Source: Escherichia phage vb_EcoM_bov11CS3
Strand: one strand, 5' to 3'
Sequence record: MT884009.2
Length of the DNA: 64,000 nucleotides
Below the pieces are notes generated by a model, which worked only from the letters and a program-made list of their open reading frames with translations, had not been told where the DNA came from and made no database searches. Positions 24,608 through 34,480 of the stretch are shown one piece after another; position 1 is the first letter of the stretch, and every line of letters begins with the position of its first letter. Position numbers and translations under genes: made by a program.

Positions 24608-26680
24608 TTATGAGAAGTCTGGCGGGACAACATCTTCTACATACCCTTTCAGAGCAACCTGCCCCATATGAAGCACGGTAGAATCTCTAGCGGTAACAGT
24701 GATGCTGTCAGACATTACTTGCGGGTATGCCCACACATACTGTTTTACCTCAGGGTATCTATACTCTATAGTTGCCATGTTTCCGCAAATACATCTCCAT
24801 AAAAATTCTTGGTAATTCCTAGTTGGGTCGTAGCCATATACCGGAGCAAGCTCTTTACTAGGAACGAACCCTGCAAGGTATTGTATTTCAGACGGTTGCC
24901 AACCTAACTTAACGATAGGTATGTTTACAGACTCTTTTGCCTTTTCAATACCTCCCTGCATCACCCAATCGTAGCACTCGGTGCAGAAGAAATCAAGAGC
25001 ACCTGCTTCCTTTTTATATTGGTCAGCAAGGTTCAGCTTTTGTGTAAGCTCAGTTTCCATAATGGTTGGGAAAAACAACAAAGCTGTCATCTGAGCTGAT
25101 GCAGCGTGTGCCTTTATTGCCTTTGAAATAGCCGCAATACGAGCGCCAAGCTTACCACGACAAAATGCTACATACTTGTCGTAAACACCGCCAGTTTTAG
25201 GATCGTCAATAGTCCCAATATCTAATGCATACTCACCTGTCTCATCATAAAACGCCTGTTTTGTAGGGTAATCATAAATACAAGGTCTACGAGTATCGGT
25301 ATTGTACCACCACCACGGTTCACCAACCTGCATAATCACTGGCAGGTTGTTTCTCATAGCGGCTGATGCAAAATTCTTAAATACTGCAGTAAGGAAATTC
25401 ATACCCTCTTCAATGGTTGGAGACAGGAGGTAGCTACAAGGTGTATACCCTGTTTTAGCGTAATTATCGTTCCAGTCTCTTTGGGTCCATTCCAACGGGC
25501 AGGCATCGCTGAAAAGCTCAAAACTTACAGATTGCATAACGTCGAAGTTATGTCGTTTGGCATTGTACATAAAATCATCATGCCATTTATAAGCTGCAGC
25601 GTTTAGCGCTCCTGTTCTGTTTATAGACCATTGAGTTCCTGACCATGTGTAGTCATAATAATGACTCATACCAACATAATGGTTTATGGTTCCGGTATAG
25701 CCCAGACGCTTGATATTGTTCAACACCCTTAAAGGAGATACGTTCCACATATCGTCATATGCGGTGCAGATCCCAACGTCGTGCTCTCTCACCTGAATAT
25801 TGTTAAGTTGCATCATTTTCCAGCCTGTGTCTGGCTGAAGCAGATCTAGGCGCAACTCACACTCTACGTTTTCCGTTCTCGGGTCTGTGCTGTTACTTAC
25901 CCAGTCTTTAGGCATAAGCGGTATTAAAATCCTTCTCACCTGCCGAGGATCAACACCCATCATGCTGTTGTTCTGGTCCATCCCGACGCAGTCCTCAAAA
26001 TCAATATGAATTTCTGCAACATTCTTATCCTCTGAGATGCTGACAGCATATTGAGCTAAAGGAACATAGATGATTGTGCCATCAACAAGGTCTACAGTCA
26101 TAATCATCTTTTCAGGAGTGGAGAAGTTGCTGGCGTTGGTTATTGACATTCTGAACCAAAGCTTGGTATTTCTCATCTCATAATGATCATCAAACCCAAT
26201 ACCGAAATGATCATACTTGTCAACTGTTTCCCAAATGCACCCGGCCATACCTCCATATGTTCTTGACACTAAACGGTTAATACAACAGTTATTATCTGCA
26301 ACAATACAGGTACTTTCAGTCTGCTGAGTAGTTGTAACCCAATATCTTGGGTGGAACATTCTCTCCTCAACAGTATCCCAAGATATCCTGTCAAGATTCT
26401 CATCTGAAACTATTGTACATTTCGCCCTTTGTGTTCCAATCATCACCCCTTGGGATTTTGATGAAAACTCCATAAAGAAGCTTCTTGGCAACCTATTGGG
26501 TAATTTGTCAACAATTTCCACCGGGATCTCAATACTGGTTGCCCCAATTGGGATAGTTACATCGCCCTCAACATGATTATAATCCCTACCAGGAACGGCA
26601 GTATCCTGAACTGTTCGGTAATGAAACTGTGCAGCCATTGTAGAGTAATCACGGTAAGGTTTAAAAACAGCTGTTGCCAT
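24608..26680 (-). CDS. tail fibre/tailspike-like protein, 690 aa
   Basis: Size and position between baseplate genes and fibre genes; no catalytic motif identified. Confidence 0.45.
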   Translation of the reverse strand: MATAVFKPYRDYSTMAAQFHYRTVQDTAVPGRDYNHVEGDVTIPIGATSIEIPVEIVDKLPNRLPRSFFMEFSSKSQGVMIGTQRAKCTIVSDENLDRISWDTVEERMFHPRYWVTTTQQTESTCIVADNNCCINRLVSRTYGGMAGCIWETVDKYDHFGIGFDDHYEMRNTKLWFRMSITNASNFSTPEKMIMTVDLVDGTIIYVPLAQYAVSISEDKNVAEIHIDFEDCVGMDQNNSMMGVDPRQVRRILIPLMPKDWVSNSTDPRTENVECELRLDLLQPDTGWKMMQLNNIQVREHDVGICTAYDDMWNVSPLRVLNNIKRLGYTGTINHYVGMSHYYDYTWSGTQWSINRTGALNAAAYKWHDDFMYNAKRHNFDVMQSVSFELFSDACPLEWTQRDWNDNYAKTGYTPCSYLLSPTIEEGMNFLTAVFKNFASAAMRNNLPVIMQVGEPWWWYNTDTRRPCIYDYPTKQAFYDETGEYALDIGTIDDPKTGGVYDKYVAFCRGKLGARIAAISKAIKAHAASAQMTALLFFPTIMETELTQKLNLADQYKKEAGALDFFCTECYDWVMQGGIEKAKESVNIPIVKLGWQPSEIQYLAGFVPSKELAPVYGYDPTRNYQEFLWRCICGNMATIEYRYPEVKQYVWAYPQVMSDSITVTARDSTVLHMGQVALKGYVEDVVPPDFS

Positions 26681-27366
26681 TAACCCTCCTGTCTAGTTGC
26701 GTTTACTGTAATACTTTCACAATAAATGGTTGTGGTGTCCCAATCAGGTCTTACGTCAGGAACATACAGCAAAGTAGCCAGCCCACCAACTCCGAATTGG
26801 TTTTCTTCCCACACTGATCCGAAGCCAAGAGCTGTAGAGTCCCCTTCAAAACCAAAAGCTTGCCCTTGCGATTCTGTAAGACGCAAATGACAAGGTAATG
26901 GTAGCATATCTAAGATCTGATCGATAGACTGCAATATGTCAAAGCAAGTTTTTCTAATATTTATGTCAAACCTGAAGTTGTCTCCTTTCCACGTATCGAA
27001 ATTGTCTCTTCCGAACAATTGTCGCAAGGTGGAGATGACATCTTCGCGAGTCCCGCCCCTTGATGCTGCGGCCTGCTGAATAATTAGTGTGGCACGAAAA
27101 TCAGCATCTGAAAGTCCATTCCTAAGAATACCAAGTTGATTACCAACTTCGTCAAGGTATCTTCCGCTGGCATTGTTAAGCAATCTTCCTTCAGCCAAAC
27201 CTACCAGCATCTTATCAACATCCTCCAACCTTTTAAGGTATACGGTTAAGAATGTGACTAAATTAACCTTCTCAGCCAGAAAATCTCCAGGTAGGTAGTC
27301 AAGACCTCCCTGAACAAAATCTGGCAGAGTGTGGATGTGGTTAACATCCGACTTAATCTCTGCCAT
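26680..27366 (-). CDS. baseplate protein, 228 aa
   Basis: Position; overlapping stop/start with neighbours. Confidence 0.45.
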   Translation of the reverse strand: MAEIKSDVNHIHTLPDFVQGGLDYLPGDFLAEKVNLVTFLTVYLKRLEDVDKMLVGLAEGRLLNNASGRYLDEVGNQLGILRNGLSDADFRATLIIQQAAASRGGTREDVISTLRQLFGRDNFDTWKGDNFRFDINIRKTCFDILQSIDQILDMLPLPCHLRLTESQGQAFGFEGDSTALGFGSVWEENQFGVGGLATLLYVPDVRPDWDTTTIYCESITVNATRQEG

Positions 27367-27377
27367 ATCTCGCCGCC

Positions 27378-28868
27378 TTAAATAGTTTGTTGGAAAGTTA
27401 TATTACTTTCGTCGAGGTCAAACACCTCGGTCATGTTCGCAACAATATCGTTTGTAGTGTAAGCTTCATCAGAAGCTCCTACGGATTTAACTTGAATTAC
27501 CAGTCTATTAAATCTGCCTATTGACACAGCAGCGGATGCAGCACCGACCAATTGGATATTGTATAACGTATCTGCAACATCCAGTCCGTTAACAACCTGC
27601 AAAAGAGCCTCTACAATGGCATCTTTTTCGGTTGTGGAAAGCGCAGCACCGGAGTAGGTAATTCTTACATCCAAGCGGTAGGTATTTGCCTTGGAGTAAT
27701 AAATTCTTTCAGTTTGACCGTCAGATGTAATGACATCGTAGAAAATATTACCATAAGTCCTGTTCGTACAGGCTATAGTTTGGTAAAGTGCTTGGCAAAT
27801 GTCCTCCGTTGCACCACCAAACACAACCACTTGGAACTTGTAAGGAGGTATACCTTTAGCATCAGTTTTATCAGTGTTGTTGGAGAACACTCTCACTTTC
27901 TCAACACCTTTCACCTCGCTTACAGCGCTAAGGATTGCAGGACGGGTAGCCTTCGATGTTAACTGTTTTGTGCTGGAAGCTCTTAAGCGATACTCTGAGT
28001 CTTTCTCAACATCCCTGCCCTCATTGAATCTTTCTCTGTTGGTAAGCTTGATAAATCCACTGGGAGTAGGTGACATTGTTGTCACGGTTTCTGCCTCTCT
28101 TGACAGCTCACCAGCCTCGTTAGCGATAACATCTAGGGTGATAGTTCTTTCCCCTACAATCGGAGATACTCTGAAATCTACCCTACTATTAAGTCCAACT
28201 TGATCAAGATTCGAATTGTACCCTATCCACAACGTTCCTGTCAACATATCGATCTGAATCAAATCGTCGTTCAACAGGGTTGTATTATCGACAATGAACT
28301 GCTTAATCTCTCCGTAAAAGCTTGGCAGATCAGAGGAGTCCAGAGACTTATCTGTTAAAACCAGACTTTTTGTTTTGATACTTCCATCTGTCTGGTTGGT
28401 GATTTGAAAGTTGTATTTACCAATCCTTAGGTCTGGAGCATTTATTCTGTGGGCAATAAGATTCCCTGCCACCTGCACATCATTGCTAAGAATAAAGTTG
28501 CCACTATCCAGCGTATAAGTTTTGGAATCATAAATCATATTGTACGGCACAGTTGTGTTGATTGTCAACTGGCAGGTACCTGATGATTTAGAACGGCCTC
28601 TTCGGTAAATACCCTGTCTTCCAAGAAGCTCATCTAGGTAAATACCTTCTGCCCCATACAGCGTCTGTGATGCGTATACAGATGCTGCCATAAGAATAAG
28701 TTGATACTCTCGCTCGTTGAAGATAGTGGTCAGCTTATCTGCAACGGAGTTACTCTGTACGTTGAAGTTTTCGCCAAAAGCACGGATCAGGCTTTGCTTA
28801 GTTTCAACGATTAGGTCATTTAGGGTTGGTATAACGAAACCAGCCTCTGTCAATCCATACTTAGCCAC
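27378..28868 (-). CDS. baseplate J-like protein, 496 aa
   Basis: Size and position; GGAGGAG before GTG start. Confidence 0.45.
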   Translation of the reverse strand: MAKYGLTEAGFVIPTLNDLIVETKQSLIRAFGENFNVQSNSVADKLTTIFNEREYQLILMAASVYASQTLYGAEGIYLDELLGRQGIYRRGRSKSSGTCQLTINTTVPYNMIYDSKTYTLDSGNFILSNDVQVAGNLIAHRINAPDLRIGKYNFQITNQTDGSIKTKSLVLTDKSLDSSDLPSFYGEIKQFIVDNTTLLNDDLIQIDMLTGTLWIGYNSNLDQVGLNSRVDFRVSPIVGERTITLDVIANEAGELSREAETVTTMSPTPSGFIKLTNRERFNEGRDVEKDSEYRLRASSTKQLTSKATRPAILSAVSEVKGVEKVRVFSNNTDKTDAKGIPPYKFQVVVFGGATEDICQALYQTIACTNRTYGNIFYDVITSDGQTERIYYSKANTYRLDVRITYSGAALSTTEKDAIVEALLQVVNGLDVADTLYNIQLVGAASAAVSIGRFNRLVIQVKSVGASDEAYTTNDIVANMTEVFDLDESNITFQQTI

Positions 28869-28901
28869 GTCACTCCTCCGGTATGAAAATCTCTACAAGG
28901 T

Positions 28902-28930
28902 ATTTTACCAAATTTTGTAACAATAGTCAA
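28902..28930 (-). promoter_or_regulatory. sigma70-like promoter inside the structural module
   Basis: Minus-strand TTGACT (rc 28925-28930), 17-nt spacer, TAAAAT (rc 28902-28907). Confidence 0.4.
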
Positions 28931-28937
28931 TCTGAGC

Positions 28938-28966
28938 ATAAAAATAAACCCCGCCGAAGCGGGGCT
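28938..28966 (-). terminator. Rho-independent terminator
   Basis: CCCCGC-TTCG-GCGGGG stem followed by TTTATTTTTAT on the minus strand; directly after the stop of the 1279-aa gene. Confidence 0.6.
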
Positions 28967-28973
28967 TTAAAGG

Positions 28974-31900
28974 TTAGTCGTGAGACTCGTTCCAAGGTCC
29001 CTGGAAGCTTGAGTTAGAACGACTAACGATCACAGTGGGACAGGAGATTGTGACACCTGTCACGCTAGACGTTGACCACGGTGTGTAAATCTCGATAACA
29101 ATGTCTATAGTTTGTTCACCCAGACCTGTTATCCCTACCGCACACATGCCGTTGTTGTCGTTAAAATACTTCTTGCCAGCAAGGATCTGATGACCAGCTA
29201 TCCATGCATTCAATTGGGAGCTGGCAAGAGTACCATTCAGTTTAAAGAAGAATGTTACGTTCTTACCCTGACCTGAAACGTTATCTACGTATCTCCACCT
29301 CCAACGGCAAACCCTTTGCTGGGAGTTATATACTGGAGCACAATCCCCGTAAGTCCTGTGTGCAACAATTGCACCTTCGAACTGGTTAGCGCGGATAACA
29401 GAAGCTTCTACACGACCACGGAAGGTACCTCCGGTTGCATCTATGGTGCCTCTAAAGCTACCATTATTGGCATAAACATCCCCACGGAAGGTACCGCTAG
29501 TGGCGTTAACTGCCCCTGTGAAGTTACCAGAACTGGCGTTGATGTTGCCTTTCACCCACACATCCATAAATTGGGCGTGCCCGTTCTTGTTAATATACCA
29601 ACCGTATTTATGGTACCCGTTGCCATCGTAGTTGTTTGACGAAATTTCTTGTGCGATCTTGGCAGAGGAGATCGTGCCATTCTCTATAAAAGCGTCTTTC
29701 AAGAACGCTTGGTTGTTCTTGATTGCGAAAGCAAGGGTTGCTGTTCCATTGCCAGGGTTGTATACCGCAAAATTGTTTGCGCTAACCATGAAGTAGGATT
29801 GAACTTGGCCTCCAGACCCTTCCATCCCCAACTGAATACCTGCAACATATTTATTCCCTGCGGAGTCTACCTGTATTTTTGTGCCCCATTGAGCATTTAC
29901 TTTACCCTCTAAGTCGGTTACAGCCTTAGATGTTGTAGCTACTGCAGCCCTGATCTCAGACACATCCCCAACATCATCAATGATCTCCTGCTTAGCAACA
30001 GCAAGTTCTTGACGAATAGCTGACGCTGTGCCGTTGATAAGGTCCACAGTGGCTTTGTTGGTATCGGAAATTGTAGCATCCAGCGCTGTTTTTGTGGAGG
30101 TCAGTTTTCCATCCAAAGCATCAATCGCTTGCTTGTTGGTAGAAATCTCCCCACGTGCAGAAGTTATCTGCTCTGACAGTGCAGATGTTTTCTGATTCAG
30201 CAAGTCAGTTGTGGCCTTGTTGGTATTGGCAATCAAGGTGTTGAGGTCAGTTTTTGCGGTAGTTATCTTGCCGTCAAGGGTGGTATAGTTTTTAGATACC
30301 GTCGCGTTTGTCTGACTAATCTTTTGATCCAGAGTTTCAGATGTCCTGTTCAAAAGATCTACAGTGGCTCGGTTAGTGCTCAAGATGCTTGCGTCAAGTT
30401 CTGTTCTCTGAGTATTGATCTTACCATCCAGAGTTTTATCTCCGGCTAAATACCCGCTCTCAACTCCCTCTATCTGCTCTACCAGCTCACCTTTGGCGGC
30501 AACCAATTTCTCATCTAAAGCCTCTGTCTTTTTGTTCAGAAGATCAGTAGTTGCTTTATTGGTTGTCTCAATCAGGGATGCCAATCTTCCACTTTCAGTG
30601 TTCAGATCGTTGGTGAACTTGTTCTGTGCAGCAACAAGTTTCCTATCCAGCGCTGTGATATTGCCATTGACATCCTCAAACTTCTGAGTTGTCTCTGTAA
30701 CTACCGCACCTATTCTGTCTCCAAGTTGCTGGAATGCCTCATCTACCCTACCATCCATGTACCTGTTAAGTTCTGTGACCCTATTTTCAACCTCTTCAAT
30801 AGATGAATCTAAAGTGCTCATCAACTCTTTATAAGTTTCTGTCTTTTTAAATTCAGCATCTATCTGAGGCATCAAATCCTCAATAGAGGTGTAGCAGCGT
30901 GCAGCGCATTCTACAAACTGAGAACTACCAAAAGCGTTTGTGGTTCGAATATACCAATAATAAACCTTATCGTTCTGCAGACCTTCAGATGTCCAAGTTG
31001 AACCAACACCCATACGGGTGGCGTTTGAAGTAACGGTTGCATCACTGGTGTCGGGCAACCTTGTCATACCGGATGTCCAAAAGTCATACTGGGTGCTAAC
31101 ACTTGCTAAATCCCTACTATGCGGAATCAAGGTGATAGCAAAGTATCCTTGCTTAACCTCTACAGAAACCGGAGCTTCAGGTGCCTGAATGTTAAACTCA
31201 CAATACGCTTCTGGAGATACACCACCTTTATAAGATGTTGCAACCACGGTTGCTGTGTATGACCCTTTTGTCAAACCTTCTACTCTGACAAACTGCTCAA
31301 CTGTCTGTGCTGTCCAAACAATCTCTCCGTTCTTTCTTACCTGCACAATGTTTTGAGCATAAGTCCCAACGTTGTCCCAAGCCAAAACACCGTGAGTTAC
31401 TTCCCCAGCTTGGAGAACGGAGTATCTGAAGTTTTGCGGCTGAGCTACACCGGACGGGGATATCGGAATATCTACATCGCCGGAATCCGGAAGTTGCCCT
31501 GTGGCATCATTCCACTCTTTAGCATCTTGACGAAGTTTTACCTTGACACCGCCCTTTTTGGTGAACTCCCATTCAAGAACCCTCATTTCTTGGCCCACTA
31601 TACCAATACTTGGAAGATCCATTGTGACGTAACGACCAGGCTTAAATTTAAAACCTCGCATATTGCAGGTGACTTCAATAATCCTGCCAGCTCTGGCACG
31701 TCTTAAGAATATTGCAGAAACACGCTGAGCTTGATAAGGGCTGGTAACAAAGCGATAGTCTATATCGATTATCTTTCTTTCTCCATCCTTCTCTATCCAC
31801 TCTGGGACAAACACTGATGGAAAATCTGTTTCAGAATACCCTTTGGTCGGACTAGTGAATCTGCCAGTTATTGTGTTAGATCTTTTGTCAAATGAGGCTT

Positions 31901-32813
31901 CAGGATAGATCTTAACCTCACCGCAGACACAATCCTCACTTAGTGTCATTGTTGCCGGGCCATAGTATGCACCTACCAGCAGTCCATACTTACCAGCTAC
32001 ATAGCTGAGATCTGCACCACAAGCTTTCAGCATTTCTGCCATAATACTTGCTGGAGCCTCATCCATGTCGAACTCACCGTTAATGGTGTAACGGCGCTCA
32101 CTGGTTCCGTCCGCGTTTTTTACCGCCTCGTCGCATATGTTGGCAGCCTCCTTGAAGGACTCCCAGTTGATGGTTTCGTCAGGACATTTAAGGTACGTTC
32201 TTAAATAGTCTAGGATCACCAAGGCCGCGTTATTGGTATACACCTCTTTACTGATACGAGGATCATAGCATTTTTTACCAACCTTGACGAGTGTAACGTT
32301 TGGCAACCCAAAAGGGAACTTGTTAGGGTCAAACCTGAAGCTGGCACGTAGCCAACTGATCCCTCTACCTATCATGTCTGGTGACCACGATGGGCAGTGT
32401 GTACCCATGAAAGGATCCGATGTTTTTCTGTCGTTATGTAGCTCCCACGATACCAAATCCCCATACGAGGAAATAGGATTACCGTCGATGAGTATATCTT
32501 CTATACCTTCCAGAGGGTGATTGGCAAGAACAATAGCACAATGGAGGGTTCTGTCGCTATCCTGCTCCAAAAACGCAAGCAATCCAGATGTGCGTGTCTT
32601 CCCATACACTACAGAGCAAGGTGCAGCAGAAGATCTGAGAAGCTTTTGTCTATCTTGCTGACTTCTGTAAGATTTGTTGCCCTCAAAAATCTTATCCAAA
32701 GTTCTGGTGGTCACAGTGTTCAGGCTGTCAGCCAGAGCTGCCTTGGATGCGTTCCAGTCATAACTTGAAGATCTTGCAGAAGCAACGATGTTATCAATCA
32801 TTGCAATTGGCAT
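28974..32813 (-). CDS. large tail fibre/host-specificity-like protein, 1279 aa, with internal tandem repeats
   Basis: Central repeats of the type TNKATTDLLNKKTEALDEKL / TNRATVDLLNRTSETLDQKI / TNKATTDLLNQKTSALSEQI / TNKATVDLINGTASAIRQEL. Confidence 0.55.
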   Translation of the reverse strand: MPIAMIDNIVASARSSSYDWNASKAALADSLNTVTTRTLDKIFEGNKSYRSQQDRQKLLRSSAAPCSVVYGKTRTSGLLAFLEQDSDRTLHCAIVLANHPLEGIEDILIDGNPISSYGDLVSWELHNDRKTSDPFMGTHCPSWSPDMIGRGISWLRASFRFDPNKFPFGLPNVTLVKVGKKCYDPRISKEVYTNNAALVILDYLRTYLKCPDETINWESFKEAANICDEAVKNADGTSERRYTINGEFDMDEAPASIMAEMLKACGADLSYVAGKYGLLVGAYYGPATMTLSEDCVCGEVKIYPEASFDKRSNTITGRFTSPTKGYSETDFPSVFVPEWIEKDGERKIIDIDYRFVTSPYQAQRVSAIFLRRARAGRIIEVTCNMRGFKFKPGRYVTMDLPSIGIVGQEMRVLEWEFTKKGGVKVKLRQDAKEWNDATGQLPDSGDVDIPISPSGVAQPQNFRYSVLQAGEVTHGVLAWDNVGTYAQNIVQVRKNGEIVWTAQTVEQFVRVEGLTKGSYTATVVATSYKGGVSPEAYCEFNIQAPEAPVSVEVKQGYFAITLIPHSRDLASVSTQYDFWTSGMTRLPDTSDATVTSNATRMGVGSTWTSEGLQNDKVYYWYIRTTNAFGSSQFVECAARCYTSIEDLMPQIDAEFKKTETYKELMSTLDSSIEEVENRVTELNRYMDGRVDEAFQQLGDRIGAVVTETTQKFEDVNGNITALDRKLVAAQNKFTNDLNTESGRLASLIETTNKATTDLLNKKTEALDEKLVAAKGELVEQIEGVESGYLAGDKTLDGKINTQRTELDASILSTNRATVDLLNRTSETLDQKISQTNATVSKNYTTLDGKITTAKTDLNTLIANTNKATTDLLNQKTSALSEQITSARGEISTNKQAIDALDGKLTSTKTALDATISDTNKATVDLINGTASAIRQELAVAKQEIIDDVGDVSEIRAAVATTSKAVTDLEGKVNAQWGTKIQVDSAGNKYVAGIQLGMEGSGGQVQSYFMVSANNFAVYNPGNGTATLAFAIKNNQAFLKDAFIENGTISSAKIAQEISSNNYDGNGYHKYGWYINKNGHAQFMDVWVKGNINASSGNFTGAVNATSGTFRGDVYANNGSFRGTIDATGGTFRGRVEASVIRANQFEGAIVAHRTYGDCAPVYNSQQRVCRWRWRYVDNVSGQGKNVTFFFKLNGTLASSQLNAWIAGHQILAGKKYFNDNNGMCAVGITGLGEQTIDIVIEIYTPWSTSSVTGVTISCPTVIVSRSNSSFQGPWNESHD
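30040..30620 (-). repeat. about four imperfect in-frame tandem repeats (150-185 bp period) inside the 1279-aa gene
   Basis: Recurring plus-strand units at about 30049, 30212, 30365 and 30550 (e.g. CAGTGGCTTTGTTGGTATCGG / GTTGTGGCCTTGTTGGTATTGG). Confidence 0.5.
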
Positions 32814-33250
32814 TAATACCTCCAGACATCAACAACGATAGAATCTTTCATGTCGAACATAAAGACCCCTTTATCACCTTTCGCCCAAATCTGGTTGTTC
32901 CAGAACACACCAGCGGTGAGCCCGTTCAGACCTTCGAAAATGACAATATCTCCACGCTGAACCTGTTTAGGAGTATCCAGCCGAGTCATAAAGAGATCAA
33001 AAATAGTAGGCAGGTGTGTGGTTTTGAAACGAAGCATGCACCATCTTTTGCTTTCCAACTCTGTTTTATACGTTCCTTCGAAGTTAGAAAGAAAATCTGT
33101 TCCGTATTGGGCATCAACACACTTAGCTGCAAAGGTGCAACAATCGTGGAATCCCCATTCAAAAGGTATGGTGGCCTCTTCGTCAAACACTTTCCACAAT
33201 CTTTCTTGCCAATCCACTAAACGAGGGTGTGTGCTCATTAAACCTCCCAA
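32813..33250 (-). CDS. hypothetical tail-module protein, 145 aa
   Basis: ORF track; contains FHDCC and later His residues (weak peptidase-like hint only). Confidence 0.45.
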   Translation of the reverse strand: MGGLMSTHPRLVDWQERLWKVFDEEATIPFEWGFHDCCTFAAKCVDAQYGTDFLSNFEGTYKTELESKRWCMLRFKTTHLPTIFDLFMTRLDTPKQVQRGDIVIFEGLNGLTAGVFWNNQIWAKGDKGVFMFDMKDSIVVDVWRY

Positions 33251-33804
33251 ATGATCGGGCGGCTCGCCACCTGATCCACATATTTAAAAAATCTGTCATT
33301 ATCGTTTCTTGAGCTGTGGCTTTCCTCCGTGTACCGATAAGGAAAACCTCTTAACCAACTGTTGAAGATGGAAGAGATGGATATGGACAAAGCACTATTC
33401 TCCCCTGTCTGAATAGCCATATCTGTTATAAGGCCGTCAAACAAGCCATTAGTTGTGACAGGCAGACCATTCTCCATAGCGGTAATGTACAACGTGGCAC
33501 GACAACCGGAATACTCCGTCTTCAGAAGATCACCCACATACTTAGGATCAAACCCGTTCAATGTCGCTACCACAGATCCGAAGTTGGTGGCATCTTTCTC
33601 AGACACAGCAGTTAACGTTGCTGATCCACCTATCCCTATAAAATGTTGCCCCTCAATTACTACCACACCAGTGCCTGAGCACACCCTGACAGTTCCTGTC
33701 GGTAGCTCTAGCTTTGCAGCAATTAAAATCTCAACACCATCAAGCTCCAGCTTTTCAAGAAATAAATTATCTAATGGCGCTCTGATCATCTTAGAAATCC
33801 TCAA
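33238..33804 (-). CDS. tail/baseplate protein, 188 aa
   Basis: ORF track; overlapping neighbours. Confidence 0.45.
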   Translation of the reverse strand: MRISKMIRAPLDNLFLEKLELDGVEILIAAKLELPTGTVRVCSGTGVVVIEGQHFIGIGGSATLTAVSEKDATNFGSVVATLNGFDPKYVGDLLKTEYSGCRATLYITAMENGLPVTTNGLFDGLITDMAIQTGENSALSISISSIFNSWLRGFPYRYTEESHSSRNDNDRFFKYVDQVASRPIIWEV

Positions 33805-34381
33805 AGAAGTTGATAACTATATTATCACCTTTTTGCATAGCATCGACTTTTTGCTTAATTTTATGAATATCTCTGATATGAAACCTACCCTTCGGGGATT
33901 GAGTTATTATCTTCATAGTGTCCCCTGCGGCAATAGGTTTTCTAAGTCTTGGAGATATGCTTATAACAGCAGCCCCAACACCATCACTGCGCACTGGAGC
34001 TGTTACCACTTTCAACTCATCATTGACAGATATTTTATCGCCAGCTCTAGCTATGTCTCTGTTTGGCTCCCACCCAACCGTCTTCAAAAAATCGTCGTTA
34101 CCAGTAGGCCCCAGGGCGATTGGCTCATTAGCTGTTACTGAGTGACCGTAAGTTTTAATAAGAAAGATGTTTCCATCTTTATACACCTGATCAACAAAGC
34201 TCTTAAGCTCTAACAACTGTGACTCGCTGATATTAGAGACCGTCAAAGTGCCTTTCCAATTAGGTGTGGCATAGGTTACTTTTTGCGTTTTACCTGTAAA
34301 CGGACTTTTAAACGTAACAATATCTGCCAGCAGCTCCAATCTAATATCTGGAAGGTATCTAGGCCTTTCCCATAAAAACAT
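33791..34381 (-). CDS. tail/baseplate protein, 196 aa
   Basis: GGAGG before ATG 34381. Confidence 0.45.
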   Translation of the reverse strand: MFLWERPRYLPDIRLELLADIVTFKSPFTGKTQKVTYATPNWKGTLTVSNISESQLLELKSFVDQVYKDGNIFLIKTYGHSVTANEPIALGPTGNDDFLKTVGWEPNRDIARAGDKISVNDELKVVTAPVRSDGVGAAVISISPRLRKPIAAGDTMKIITQSPKGRFHIRDIHKIKQKVDAMQKGDNIVINFFEDF

Positions 34382-34412
34382 TGTGCCTCCGGGTTAAACA
34401 ATCATGATAGTT

Positions 34413-34441
34413 ATTTTACCAGATTTTGAGTTAATACGCAA
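34413..34441 (-). promoter_or_regulatory. possible sigma70-like promoter
   Basis: Minus-strand TTGCGT, 17-nt spacer, TAAAAT; weak -35. Confidence 0.3.
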
Positions 34442-34442
34442 T

Positions 34443-34474
34443 ACAAACAAAAAGCCCCCGCCGAAGCGAGGGCA
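34443..34474 (-). terminator. Rho-independent terminator
   Basis: GCCCTCGC-TTCG-GCGGGGGC stem followed by TTTTTGTTTGTAT on the minus strand, directly after the 1270-aa gene. Confidence 0.55.
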
Positions 34475-34480
34475 AAACAG

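Noticed and set aside
13786-32813. Diversity-generating retroelement targeting a fibre gene
   Set aside because: No reverse transcriptase ORF and no template/variable repeat pair detected; the only repeats are in-frame tandem repeats inside one gene.
33455-34141. Plus-strand 228-aa ORF overlapping two minus-strand tail genes
   Set aside because: Antisense to two well-packed genes with RBS; no start context.
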